A DNA stretch of 63,234 nucleotides, counting the filler, from an uncultured Thermoplasmatales archaeon (GTDB lineage Archaea > Thermoplasmatota > E2 > DHVEG-1): the NCBI GenBank assembly GCA_964517155.1. It is 3 parts of 3 records of this genome, joined end to end, with 100 filler letters (N's around TTAATTAATTAA, not from the genome) between each part and the next. Parts side by side here need not be neighbours in the genome. Positions count along the whole stretch, not along the records: positions 1 to 22,877 come from CAZFAZ010000018.1; 2 more parts are not named here. One strand, given 5' to 3'. Below are positions 1 through 10,186 of the stretch, in pieces. Made by a program: the position numbers and the translations under genes. Below the pieces are notes generated by a model, which was not told where the DNA came from, did not search any database, and saw only the letters and a program-made list of their open reading frames with translations. Every line of letters starts with the position of its first letter. Position 1 is the stretch's first letter.

Positions 1-2406
1 ATTATTCATAATATTTAAAGAAACAGTGTACTCTGCAGGTAAAACAAGATCGATTGTTTTATCTTTTTCAACTTTGATATTTTCTAAAAGCTCAAATGAT
101 TTATATCTCAGGCTCAAAGTATAATCTTCCTCAATAATATTTTCAAAAATATATTCATCGAAACTTATTTTTTTAGCAGAAATACTTAATGGTTCAAACA
201 TTTCATTACTTGTTAGAGCAAGATTTACATCAACTTTAGGAGCAAGATTCCATTTGTCAACAAGTTTAACATTTAGATTATAAAGATTTAGATTAAAACT
301 ATCGATATATATTTTAAAATGATTCAAAGGTCCAACGCGTATCTTTTTTTCTTCTATCAAAAATCCTTTGTATAAAACACGCAAGGTATAGGAATTTTTT
401 ATACTAGTCGGTACTTTTAAAACAACAGAGCCGTTAATATCAGAAACACCGTTGGCAATCACAGAATTATCCTGCAAAAGATAAAAAGTTACATCTTTGA
501 CACCAAGATCTTTCTGATCAAAGGCAGAAAAACTACAGGTGCCTTGAGAGCTGCAAAAAATTCTAACATTAGTGTCTTTAGTGACATCTGCAATTCCATA
601 ACCAATAAATTTTTGCTTGTCACCAAAAATAGTATTTTCCCTGAAAACTTTGACAACATAATTTCCAGGTTTAAGATTAGGAAAAACAATTTTTTTGAAA
701 AAACTAGAATTTTTAATATCAAAAATACCAAAAACAGTTTTTATTTTTTCAAGAAATGATTTGCCTTCTAAATCAAAATCCATGGAGCCAAGTGCCAGGC
801 GAGAAACAGAACCAGATGACTTAAAACCATTATCCTTGTAAAGCTCAGCATAGATATATGCAAATTTTTTACCAGTTGCAGCAGAAAGTAGTGAACCTAA
901 AACTATAGATGGTGCTAAATGAACATAAGTAGAAAGTGAGAAACGCTCTAATTCTTCTGTTTCTTCTTGAGTAATATTTTCTCTTAAAGTAGGCCTGATG
1001 CTATCAAGTTTTTGAAAAATATCTGATTCTTTATTTATACTTTCAAAACCACCTGTAGTATATGTTACAAACAAAGCCTTAAAATTAGCATTAAAACCTT
1101 TTTTTAAGTCAGGATTATGTTTATTATTTTCATAAGAGTTGCGTGCAATATATAAATTGCCTGTGTCTGCTTCAAGACCTGGCAGTTTAACATTTTCTTT
1201 TACCCATGCTTTAACTTGAATGCCGTCTTCTTCTGGGTTTATGCCAGTGTTTGAATCAAGTATTATTCCATGAGCGATATCTGTAGATGGATTACTCAGG
1301 CTAATCCAAGCGTTTTTGCCTAAGTCTATGTCATCTTTTGTTCCAATTACTACTTCTGGCTCTATTGTACTAGGATTTTCGGGTACAGGAAAAGATTCAA
1401 TATTTTCGGATTTTGTAAAAACATGGATTTTTGGAAGTATTTCACCTACATTCATCTTTTCAATTGTTGAGCTTCTAGATTTTATTGAGACAATACCGCC
1501 ATATATACCATCTATAAGACTTGGCTCTTCAACAGCTACATCCTTTAAAACTTCATGATATACATCAACAAAGATTCTTTTAGTGTCAAGGGGTGAATGA
1601 TAATACGTATAAATGTTATCTGTTAGTATATCGCCTTTAGGCGATGTACACTGTATTCTTATTCTAATCATTAAGTTACCTTCTACAAGAACAGTTTTTT
1701 TAACACTAGTTGCCCATGAGCTGCCAACATAACCTGGTTGAGCAAAAATTCCATAACGCATGTCAAAAACACCGAGTTGTTCGATATTATATGTTTCAAT
1801 TACTTTTGAGCCAGGTTTAAATTTAAGAATGCTTTGAGAAATAGGGTTTCCCAGGAGTTCTCCTTTTTGAACTACCGCATAAATATAATCATCTTTTTCT
1901 TTTATTCCAAAATAATCTACATCTATCTTTTGACCAGGGATAGGTTCATAAAAATAATGTGAATCCTCAAGAAATACATGTTTTTCGTAATCTAGACTTT
2001 CAGTTTTGACTGAATCATAAAAAACATAGTATTTTTCTGTTCCATCTGCCTCGGCAGGTATAAGAAAAACCAATCCACAAGAACTTATATGTGTATCATC
2101 TATTTTTTCTAAGTTATAAATTTGTGATTCAAGTTCTGTTATTTCATTGTCTTTTTCTATTCCTACTCTTATTGAATTATCTGTTTCATCTTTTGCATAG
2201 CACTGTTTTAAAAAATCTATTTTGATATCTATTGCTTGATATTTTGCTTGTTCGCTATTTGTATCAAATGGTATTTCTATTTCTTGTTTAAAAGAAAGGT
2301 TTGAAATATCTGTTGATTTTAGCTCTGAAGCGATATTAGAACTGCTGATAACTTGTAAAAATATCAGCATAAAAACTATTAATGAAACATATTTTTTTAT
2401 GACCAT
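1..2406 (-). CDS. Large secreted/membrane protein, paralog of 33890..37348; runs off the window edge
   Basis: Not in the ORF track. ATG at 2406 gives MVIKKYVSLIVFMLIFLQ (signal-like), then ...SIRVGIEK...ELESQIYNLE...SSCGLVFLIPAEADGTEKYYVFYD, which matches ELESQIYDLN...SSCNLVFLIPEDADGNEKYFIYYD in the 33890 ORF. Confidence 0.8.
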   Translation of the reverse strand, partial: MVIKKYVSLIVFMLIFLQVISSSNIASELKSTDISNLSFKQEIEIPFDTNSEQAKYQAIDIKIDFLKQCYAKDETDNSIRVGIEKDNEITELESQIYNLEKIDDTHISSCGLVFLIPAEADGTEKYYVFYDSVKTESLDYEKHVFLEDSHYFYEPIPGQKIDVDYFGIKEKDDYIYAVVQKGELLGNPISQSILKFKPGSKVIETYNIEQLGVFDMRYGIFAQPGYVGSSWATSVKKTVLVEGNLMIRIRIQCTSPKGDILTDNIYTYYHSPLDTKRIFVDVYHEVLKDVAVEEPSLIDGIYGGIVSIKSRSSTIEKMNVGEILPKIHVFTKSENIESFPVPENPSTIEPEVVIGTKDDIDLGKNAWISLSNPSTDIAHGIILDSNTGINPEEDGIQVKAWVKENVKLPGLEADTGNLYIARNSYENNKHNPDLKKGFNANFKALFVTYTTGGFESINKESDIFQKLDSIRPTLRENITQEETEELERFSLSTYVHLAPSIVLGSLLSAATGKKFAYIYAELYKDNGFKSSGSVSRLALGSMDFDLEGKSFLEKIKTVFGIFDIKNSSFFKKIVFPNLKPGNYVVKVFRENTIFGDKQKFIGYGIADVTKDTNVRIFCSSQGTCSFSAFDQKDLGVKDVTFYLLQDNSVIANGVSDINGSVVLKVPTSIKNSYTLRVLYKGFLIEEKKIRVGPLNHFKIYIDSFNLNLYNLNVKLVDKWNLAPKVDVNLALTSNEMFEPLSISAKKISFDEYIFENIIEEDYTLSLRYKSFELLENIKVEKDKTIDLVLPAEYTVSLNIMNN

Positions 2407-2465
2407 AAACACACTGATATATTACTTGCATACATATAAATATTTTATTATAAATAGTATAATTT

Positions 2466-3941
2466 TTATAAAATAAAGGCAAGGAATGGGATTATCATTA
2501 ATATTATCCCTATTATTCCTAACGCTAAACCAAAAGGTCCTAATCTATATTTTTCAGGTAAAACCTTTTGAGATATATAAACTACTGCGATACCATAAAA
2601 CAATACACAAATAACCCCTATGAATAGTAATGTAATGCTTAGAATCAGCATAAAAGAAAGTCCTTTGTATATTAATATTGAAAGAGGTACACCTAAACAT
2701 AACACATATAATACCAAGAAAATAAGATATCTCCTGTATTGCATTTTATATATCTTAGGAATAATATTTTTTGATGTTTGCCTTATCATTCTAGCAGCTG
2801 CCTCAAAACCAGCATAGATTGTGCCAAAAAAAGCAAAAAATACACTTATCTGAAACAAAGGTTTAAGAATCGGTGAAAGAGAAGTAAAGATTACTGACTG
2901 CTGCTCTATTAAATCAATATTGCTTGGTAAAAGATATGTTCCATTCTGTGGGCCAAGCAGGAATCTACCGCATATTATGTAGCAAGCAGAAACAATTGAT
3001 ACAATAATAAATGCTATTGCTAAATCAACTTTTAAAGGAATCATAAGTTTTTTTGATTTTGTAACTTCGTCTTTTGAATCTGGTAAAAATGTTATACATC
3101 CTTTGTTTTTCTTAAAATCTTCAAAGTTTTGCTCCTCAAATTTTTCTGGATCTTCTTTATCTTTAAAAATACCCCAGCGTTTTACTTTTATCCAACCAAA
3201 ATATCCAACAAGTGGAATCATAGAAATCGTAAGAGTTCCTAGATATCCCAGCATAATCATTGGAACAGGTGTTTTTGTAAAACCATTTGCTTGATCAACC
3301 CAGCTTGGGTATGTGGGAACATTACCGATTTTAAAGAAACTTATAATCATATCAAAATAATCAACGTTTGTTACAGACTGCAGTACCAAAATTGCAGAGA
3401 TTACCGCACCAATGCCAAGTACTACTACAAAAAATGCTTGGACAAACTCAAGGAATTTGTATTTTGCAAAAATGATTAAAAAAGCTGCAAGAAGAGAAAT
3501 TGCTATTCCAAGAGGCAGATATAATGCTGTAGCTGAAGTACCTGTAATTATCCATGCAAGTGATTGACCAACAGTAGTGATTATTGTTGCTGTAAAAATT
3601 GGAATAAATATCATCACAATTATAAATAAAAGCCAGTTAAACCATCCTTTTTTCGTCTTATATGAAAAAACATCCATTATATTTACACCAGATACCATAG
3701 TAAATCTAGTACCAATATAACAGAAAATATATGATGCAATATTTGCAGTTATAAGCCATAATAGACCAAATTGTGCCCATGCACCGATTTGAGGGCCGAG
3801 TATCAATTGTCCTTGTCCTATAGTCATAGATGCAACAATTGCACCAGGTCCAAAAAACAAAAGATATCTTAAATATTTTTTAATAGATGGCTTTTCATTT
3901 AAAACTTTATCTGGTTCAGGATAACTGATCTTTCTGCTCAT
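2466..3941 (-). CDS. Nramp-related (YcsG-like) polytopic transporter
   Basis: GPGAIVASMTIGQGQLILGPQIGAWAQFGLLW N-terminal pattern, many TM helices, no DPGN metal motif. Confidence 0.7.
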   Translation of the reverse strand: MSRKISYPEPDKVLNEKPSIKKYLRYLLFFGPGAIVASMTIGQGQLILGPQIGAWAQFGLLWLITANIASYIFCYIGTRFTMVSGVNIMDVFSYKTKKGWFNWLLFIIVMIFIPIFTATIITTVGQSLAWIITGTSATALYLPLGIAISLLAAFLIIFAKYKFLEFVQAFFVVVLGIGAVISAILVLQSVTNVDYFDMIISFFKIGNVPTYPSWVDQANGFTKTPVPMIMLGYLGTLTISMIPLVGYFGWIKVKRWGIFKDKEDPEKFEEQNFEDFKKNKGCITFLPDSKDEVTKSKKLMIPLKVDLAIAFIIVSIVSACYIICGRFLLGPQNGTYLLPSNIDLIEQQSVIFTSLSPILKPLFQISVFFAFFGTIYAGFEAAARMIRQTSKNIIPKIYKMQYRRYLIFLVLYVLCLGVPLSILIYKGLSFMLILSITLLFIGVICVLFYGIAVVYISQKVLPEKYRLGPFGLALGIIGIILMIIPFLAFIL

Positions 3942-3947
3942 AATCCC

Positions 3948-4925
3948 TCAGTCCTCAAAAACAATTTGTGATTTATTTTCTATTTTAAGCTCAGGCTTTT
4001 TTGCACCTTCTTGAGCACGAACCATATGATCATAGGCTTCTACTCCGCCTGCTTCTTCTATTATCTTGCGGCCTTTTTCAATTTGTTTTAATATACTAAT
4101 ATTTACTCTTTCCATTGAGCCGGGTGCTATTTTTTTTAATAGTTTTGTTGAGCCTGCAAAGCCGTATGGGATAGACTCCATACGCATAATTGTACCAGGG
4201 ATTGCAAAAAACCAGCGTCCGATGCTATCTTCACCAAATTTTGTAATAGGAATTCCTGCAGCTGCTTGACGTGGAGCTCTTGGACCAACATGGGCGACAA
4301 CCCATTTACCATCGATAAATGCTTCTCCTTCTCCTTCAAGCATGAAATAACCCATGGCGTCGTACCATTTTTTTACAAGCAGATCTGCTTCTACAACTGA
4401 ATCATACCATGCTTGTATCATATTCATTGCAAAAACTTTGTAGCGTGCTTTTATTCCTGCTGCACGACATAATGCAATAAAAGCTGTAATTAAATGAAAA
4501 CAAGTACCTGTTCCACGGTTTAACGTTTCTCCAACGCGATTAAGCGGACATATCTCAAGAGTCATATGTTCTTTTACAAGCTCGAATGCTGCTTCTGCAA
4601 ATTCTTTGTCACTTTTTTTATATGCACCAAGTTTATGGGCAAGTGCAACAACTTCAGGTTCTCTGTGGTCGCAATAAAGAGTTGGGCGAAGATATTTTTC
4701 ATTTGAATTATTTATCTTCATATCTTTAGTAAACTTTGGAATTTCATATTCTCTCTTAGGTCTTATATATCTTTCAGAACCAGTAGGAATATTTCTTAGT
4801 TTTTTTAAATCATTCATATTTAATAAAAGAGTTTTACTAAGTGAAAAAGCACCTGCAACAAATAATTTTGCATACATCTTTTGAGGGATATATCCTTTTT
4901 CTTTCATCTCGCCAAGACTTGTCAT
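3948..4925 (-). CDS. Transglutaminase-like protein with atypical catalytic residues
   Basis: YLRPTLYCD, GTGTCFHLITAFIALCRAAGIKARY, EAFIDGKWV motifs. Confidence 0.8.
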   Translation of the reverse strand: MTSLGEMKEKGYIPQKMYAKLFVAGAFSLSKTLLLNMNDLKKLRNIPTGSERYIRPKREYEIPKFTKDMKINNSNEKYLRPTLYCDHREPEVVALAHKLGAYKKSDKEFAEAAFELVKEHMTLEICPLNRVGETLNRGTGTCFHLITAFIALCRAAGIKARYKVFAMNMIQAWYDSVVEADLLVKKWYDAMGYFMLEGEGEAFIDGKWVVAHVGPRAPRQAAAGIPITKFGEDSIGRWFFAIPGTIMRMESIPYGFAGSTKLLKKIAPGSMERVNISILKQIEKGRKIIEEAGGVEAYDHMVRAQEGAKKPELKIENKSQIVFED

Positions 4926-6299
4926 TTAATCTCCTCCAACATCTGCTGAAATCATCTTTCTAAGCTCTTCTGCGCAACCTCTCATTTCTTTGCCGCTTGC
5001 ACGAGTAACTTCTGGTTCAAGAACAGGTCCAGGTCTATCGCATACTGGACAGTGTTCAAGCATGCGTACTTTATCTCCACTAATAATAAAACCAGGATAG
5101 CTAAATGTTGAGCCATCAAGAAATGCAAAACGACCCCATTTCCCATATCCTACAGGTTTGAATTCATCATCAAGTACCATTGGATGATAATATGTATAAG
5201 GAATATGCAAGTAATGCCCTTCTGGGCAATGTACATTCCAGCCGTTGCCTTCAACCATGCCATATAAATCAAGGCAGTGCTCTGGATTTATTCCTAAAAC
5301 ATCTTTCATTTGTTTTCTAAAATCTGCTACAGGAATCCTTTTACTTTCATGTACCTTCCAGCCTCCTCCTGTAAGGATAGCGCCTTTATCTGAGAAGTCA
5401 AAGGTTTTACCCTGTTCTTTAAGTTTATTTGTAACAGCATATAAGAAAAATGGTGCTCCTGCAAAAACGATTTTATTTTTTTCTTTGTCATTTTTTTCTA
5501 TCCATTTTATTATATCATTAATTATTTTTTTGTTCATTTTTGCAAGATATTTTTTTATCATTTTTGTTTTAAAGCCACCGCTTCCAGTCATACTCAGTTT
5601 GATCAATTCAGTATTTATTTCTCTGTCAATTGCTGATTTTACTTCAGATATTGCATCAAAATAAATAGTACAGACTTTTCCTGCAAAAACGTTTGTTTTA
5701 AATGGATTTGGCATTAAAAGATAGCCTTTCATATCATGTGAATAAACAGGATATGCCATGCTAATTGCGTTTTTTGCAATTGCGTATTCAGATATAAAAA
5801 ATGTTCTTTCATCTCTTGGGATAAATGTATGTCTGCCACTTGTTCCACTGCTGTATGCAACTGCAAGACCTGATGCGTTAAATGAGTTTATTACATCGTC
5901 AAAAGTTGGATTTTTACCAGAAATTTTTACTGGAGGTATTTCTCCTGTAAAGATATTTGCAAGCCATAAAGCAAAATCTTTTCCATTTGGGTAATCTTTG
6001 TAGAATTCTCCTGGGATTAAAGGTATTTTTTCTAAATCTTCATATTTTTTTATTTTATCTTCGGTAAAATTTAATTCTTTGCAGAATTCATGATACATTT
6101 TGTTGTTTTTATAATGGTTTTTGAATTGGTATTTTATAGCTTCAAATTGTAATTCTTTTCCTTCTTTTAAAGGTACTTTAAAAGGGTCTTTTGGCCCGTA
6201 TACTGCAAGATCTGGTGGTGTCCAATCTTTTTTTGGCAGGATATATTTTTCAACATGTTTATCAAAATTTTTTATGTATTCATCAAACGTTATCGTCAA
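4926..6299 (-). CDS. LuxE-like acyl-protein synthetase (adenylate-forming)
   Basis: SSGTSG P-loop, TGGGWK, DLYGMVE, PGFIISGD and C-terminal RGC acylation motif. Confidence 0.8.
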   Translation of the reverse strand: MTITFDEYIKNFDKHVEKYILPKKDWTPPDLAVYGPKDPFKVPLKEGKELQFEAIKYQFKNHYKNNKMYHEFCKELNFTEDKIKKYEDLEKIPLIPGEFYKDYPNGKDFALWLANIFTGEIPPVKISGKNPTFDDVINSFNASGLAVAYSSGTSGRHTFIPRDERTFFISEYAIAKNAISMAYPVYSHDMKGYLLMPNPFKTNVFAGKVCTIYFDAISEVKSAIDREINTELIKLSMTGSGGFKTKMIKKYLAKMNKKIINDIIKWIEKNDKEKNKIVFAGAPFFLYAVTNKLKEQGKTFDFSDKGAILTGGGWKVHESKRIPVADFRKQMKDVLGINPEHCLDLYGMVEGNGWNVHCPEGHYLHIPYTYYHPMVLDDEFKPVGYGKWGRFAFLDGSTFSYPGFIISGDKVRMLEHCPVCDRPGPVLEPEVTRASGKEMRGCAEELRKMISADVGGD

Positions 6300-6464
6300 T
6301 GTATTACATCCTTTTTCTTGATAGATTTTTAATATAACTTATTTATGATAATAGTATTTTATATAATTGTCGATTTTTTATTCGGTTTTTAACGATATAA
6401 AACCCAAAATTACAATAAATAACAATTAACAAAATCACAAATTCTTTTATAATGATTTTGAAAA

Positions 6465-7691
6465 TTATTCGTATCTAACAGCTTCAATTGGGCTCATCTT
6501 TGCAGCTTTTCTAGCAGGATATAAACTAGACATAACGCCAACCAAAATTGCAACAAACATAGCAAGAGCAATATTTTCAATGGTAATAATTGGGCTGAGG
6601 CTCATACCGCTGTTACCAGAAAATCCAATAGCTCTGGTAAAAACGCTAGAGCCAGCGATACCTAGCATAACCCCTACAAGTCCACCTATTAAACTAATTG
6701 ATATTCCTTCAGTTATAAAGATAGACATAACGTCACGGTTTCGTGCTCCAATTGCTTTCATAATACCAATTTCATGGGTTCGTTCCATTACAGATGTAAG
6801 CATTGTGTTCATGATACCAATAGATGCAACCACAAGTGCTATTGCTGCGATACCAAGAAGAACCATTTGAATAATCCATAATACAGCTTGTATGCTCTCG
6901 ATAATGGATGCCATAGTTATAACATTTGCAAAATCGTCACTACCATGGTTCTGATTAATGCTTTCTTTTATTTCATTAGCAATATCTTCTGCTTGTTCGA
7001 CATCATAAACTCTTACAAGAATGCCACTAACATTTTTATCGCCTGTAAGTTTTTTAAAATCCCTGATATTTAGATAAATATTATCATCAGTAGGAATAGA
7101 CATTCCTGCTCCTTGTTTGTTGTATATACCATTTACAACAAAATTATTACCATTGATCTCAATTTTTCCTCCAATTGGTATGTCTGTATCAAAGGAATCA
7201 TGAGCGATATTATAACCGATGATTGCTTTATTTTGATCGCCATTTGTTAAAAATTCTCCTTCGGAGAGTCCTAAAAAATCAATGCCGAAAATATCTGACA
7301 TTCTTTGGGCATCCATGCCTATAAAAGAAACAACTTGAGTTATTCCATTATACTTAACAACACCTGCTCCAAATAATACTGGATCAACACTTTTTAAGCC
7401 TTGAATCCTTTCTACTGTTTCAATATCTCTATCTGTAAAATATACACCTTGGCTGCCTGAGAAGCTTCCACCTCCGCCCATGCTGTTAACATTAATCGAA
7501 CCGGTGGTTACAATAATTGTATCTGAAAGAGACGAAAGTTCACCTTTTACTGCTTCTTCCATACCTTGTCCCATGCCACGTAGTGCAACAATTGCCATAA
7601 TTCCAATTGCGATACCAATTAATGTTAGAAAAACACGTGATTTACGTTCTTTTATGTTTTTGAAAGCCATTTTGATATTATCTATCATCAT
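6465..7691 (-). CDS. ABC transporter permease, MacB/FtsX family
   Basis: LTLIGIAIGI, GIMNTMLTSVMERTHEIGIMKAIGA, YPARKAAKMSPIEA. Confidence 0.92.
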   Translation of the reverse strand: MMIDNIKMAFKNIKERKSRVFLTLIGIAIGIMAIVALRGMGQGMEEAVKGELSSLSDTIIVTTGSINVNSMGGGGSFSGSQGVYFTDRDIETVERIQGLKSVDPVLFGAGVVKYNGITQVVSFIGMDAQRMSDIFGIDFLGLSEGEFLTNGDQNKAIIGYNIAHDSFDTDIPIGGKIEINGNNFVVNGIYNKQGAGMSIPTDDNIYLNIRDFKKLTGDKNVSGILVRVYDVEQAEDIANEIKESINQNHGSDDFANVITMASIIESIQAVLWIIQMVLLGIAAIALVVASIGIMNTMLTSVMERTHEIGIMKAIGARNRDVMSIFITEGISISLIGGLVGVMLGIAGSSVFTRAIGFSGNSGMSLSPIITIENIALAMFVAILVGVMSSLYPARKAAKMSPIEAVRYE

Positions 7692-8367
7692 ATGCGCTTA
7701 CCATTCCGTCATTTATCCTAATGATCCATTTAGCACGACTTGCAATATTTGGGTCATGTGTAACAACAATAACTGTGTTACCTTGCTTGTTTATTTCTTC
7801 TAAAATATCCATTATCTTGCTACTGCTTTTAGAATCAACATTGCCCGTTGGTTCATCTGCAAGGATGACAGATGGAGTATTTGCAAGAGCACGAGCGATT
7901 GCAACACGTTGTTGTTCTCCACCACTCATCTCATTTGGTTTATGAGTAATGCGCTTAGACAGACCAACCATTTCTAAAAGTTTTTTTCCTTTAGTTATTT
8001 GATCTTTAGGGTTTACACCTGCAAGACTCATTGGAAACATAACATTTTCCAGACCGCTTAAAGTTGGTAATAAATTGTATTTTTGAAAAATAAAACCTAT
8101 TTTTTCACGTCTTATTAATGCAAGTTCATTATCATTTAGCTTTGAAACATCAGTCCCATCTATAAGTAAACGACCGGATGTTGGTGTGTCAAGACAGCCA
8201 ATCATATTCATAAAAGTAGATTTGCCTGAACCAGATGGTCCTATAATCGATATATAATCACCATACCTAATATTGACATTTACATTGTTAAGTGCATTAA
8301 CTTTTGTATAACCACGCCCATAAATCTTATATAAGTTTTCAGCAACAATAACGTATTCAGATTTCAT
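7678..8367 (-). CDS. ABC transporter ATP-binding protein (LolD/MacB type)
   Basis: Walker A GPSGSGKS, MSGGEQQRVAIARAL, ADEPTG. Confidence 0.95.
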   Translation of the reverse strand: MKSEYVIVAENLYKIYGRGYTKVNALNNVNVNIRYGDYISIIGPSGSGKSTFMNMIGCLDTPTSGRLLIDGTDVSKLNDNELALIRREKIGFIFQKYNLLPTLSGLENVMFPMSLAGVNPKDQITKGKKLLEMVGLSKRITHKPNEMSGGEQQRVAIARALANTPSVILADEPTGNVDSKSSSKIMDILEEINKQGNTVIVVTHDPNIASRAKWIIRINDGMVSAYDDR

Positions 8368-9608
8368 CTGACTATCCGCCTTTTTCTATAGCGATAAATA
8401 AAATATATAAAAATCAAAACTGCAAAAATTATAATAACAGTATATAGTGTTGTTCCTCTATCTCCTGAGGCATCGATGGATTTTGCAATAGTAAAACTAC
8501 TACTTGCTGTTGGTGTTTGATAGTAATTTTCGTTCTGTTTGAAAGAAACTTCAAAAGCAATAGAATAATTATTACCGACAACTAAATCATCAGTATAAAC
8601 ATCAAAACTTGCAGAAAATACATCATCTGGATCCATGGAGCCAATAAAATACTGAGAAGGTGTAATTCTAGCATCTGTGATAGGTGTTACAATTACTCCT
8701 GATATAGATTCAGTTTTAGCGTTGTAAACTTCTACTCTAAACCTTTCAGATTCTCCTTTAGCAATTGTTTTTGGGATATTGTATATTACTGGTGCTACAT
8801 CAGGGGTTTTGACAATGGTTATAGGAATAGACAAAGTATTTGTATGGAGGTTATTGCCATTTTTAAAACTGACATTAAAACTAAGGTTAATATTGCCAAT
8901 GGTGCTGGGTGTAACTGAAAAAACAATATCTTTGTATTCATTGGATGTCATAGTTCCAACATAATAAGTTTTAGGGGTAAAATCAACTTCGTTAGTGTTA
9001 ATTGATGTAATCGTTACAGCATCAACAGATGCCTCAAAATTATTTACGACACTAATAGTAATGTCAGTTGAACCACTCATAGATATTGCAGAAGGCACTT
9101 TGGAATCAATCAATTCAACTGTTGCATTGCTAACTCTGATTGCTACAGGATATGCAACATCTTGATGTGATGAACTTTCGAGATTAACTTTAACTTTTGG
9201 GAAATACCAACCTTCACTTATATTTTCATGAGCAGTAACTGTGAATGTAACAGGAATACTTGCACCAGGTGCAATAAGACCAACATCATCATAATAAGAA
9301 CTAGGGGTGATATAGTTATCACCGTCACCTACTTTAGTAATCCATATACGTTTTATTGCTGCACCAGATGTTTGAGCTGTAGTGGTTATAAGATCAGCTG
9401 TAATCTCTTGAATAGTTTGTGTGCTTGTGGTCTCTGCGTTATAGACAATTAATTTTAATGTTGCAGTATCCCCAGGCATTAAAACAGAGGGGTTCATTTC
9501 ATAACTTGATATCATCACAGCGGGTGCTGCACTAACAGTTGATGTAAAAACCAATAATAGACTCAGAAGTATAATTATAGTAAACACTGTTGAATAGCTA
9601 TTTTTCAA
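8364..9608 (-). CDS. COG1361-like S-layer/Ig-domain membrane-anchored protein
   Basis: Signal peptide, repeated beta-rich units (YVGTM/YFIGSMDPDD), C-terminal TM plus basic tail; typical position upstream of an ABC exporter. Confidence 0.7.
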   Translation of the reverse strand: MKNSYSTVFTIIILLSLLLVFTSTVSAAPAVMISSYEMNPSVLMPGDTATLKLIVYNAETTSTQTIQEITADLITTTAQTSGAAIKRIWITKVGDGDNYITPSSYYDDVGLIAPGASIPVTFTVTAHENISEGWYFPKVKVNLESSSHQDVAYPVAIRVSNATVELIDSKVPSAISMSGSTDITISVVNNFEASVDAVTITSINTNEVDFTPKTYYVGTMTSNEYKDIVFSVTPSTIGNINLSFNVSFKNGNNLHTNTLSIPITIVKTPDVAPVIYNIPKTIAKGESERFRVEVYNAKTESISGVIVTPITDARITPSQYFIGSMDPDDVFSASFDVYTDDLVVGNNYSIAFEVSFKQNENYYQTPTASSSFTIAKSIDASGDRGTTLYTVIIIFAVLIFIYFIYRYRKRRIVR

Positions 9609-9701
9609 TATATCCTCACCTTTTAAAGGTTATAACTGACTTTTATTAATAAATTTCCTAAAAATTTAAAAAAGTAATAATATTTAGATGAAACAAAATG
9701 C

Positions 9702-10064
9702 TTAACTCTCGGTAAGTTTCAGTATTGCTTCTGCGATATCTCCATTTGTTTCTTCAAGTGCTTTTTTTGCAGCTTCTTTGCTTTTACCGGTTTGCTCGGC
9801 GACTAAATCTATGTCTTCTTGAGGGATTCCTTCTTCTTTTTCTTCAATTTTTCCTTTTCTATCAACTATCTTTGGTCTGCCAGTTATTTGATAGGTTTTT
9901 TGACCCTGTGCATCCATAACAGTTACTTCGGCGCTATCAAAAATATATTCTTTAGTATCAGTTCTTATTATTATCTCCTCAACATTTTCAATTTCTTTAA
10001 CATTTATACCTAGTCTTTTCATCATCTGCTGCATCTGTCGAGGGTTCATACGTCCAGGCATCAT
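9702..10064 (-). CDS. nac: Archaeal nascent polypeptide-associated complex protein
   Basis: MNPRQMQQMMKRLGI; UBA-like C-terminus DIDLVAEQTG...GDIAEAI. Confidence 0.95.
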   Translation of the reverse strand: MMPGRMNPRQMQQMMKRLGINVKEIENVEEIIIRTDTKEYIFDSAEVTVMDAQGQKTYQITGRPKIVDRKGKIEEKEEGIPQEDIDLVAEQTGKSKEAAKKALEETNGDIAEAILKLTES

Positions 10065-10186
10065 AAAAGATTCCTCAAATACTTATTAGCTAGGGTATAT
10101 GCTTTCAGTTATTAGTATTTTTCAATTTTCTTTTAATAAGTTATAAGTTATTTTTTATATTTTCTTTATTAAGTTATGTCTTGTAT

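Noticed and set aside
489..1558. Short ORFs at 489, 544 and 1316
   Set aside because: Shadows of the long minus-strand gene 1..2406; most other short antisense ORFs in the track are likewise shadows of real genes
4926..6299. Bioluminescence (lux) operon
   Set aside because: No luxA/B/C/D nearby; LuxE-like ligases are widespread outside luminescence
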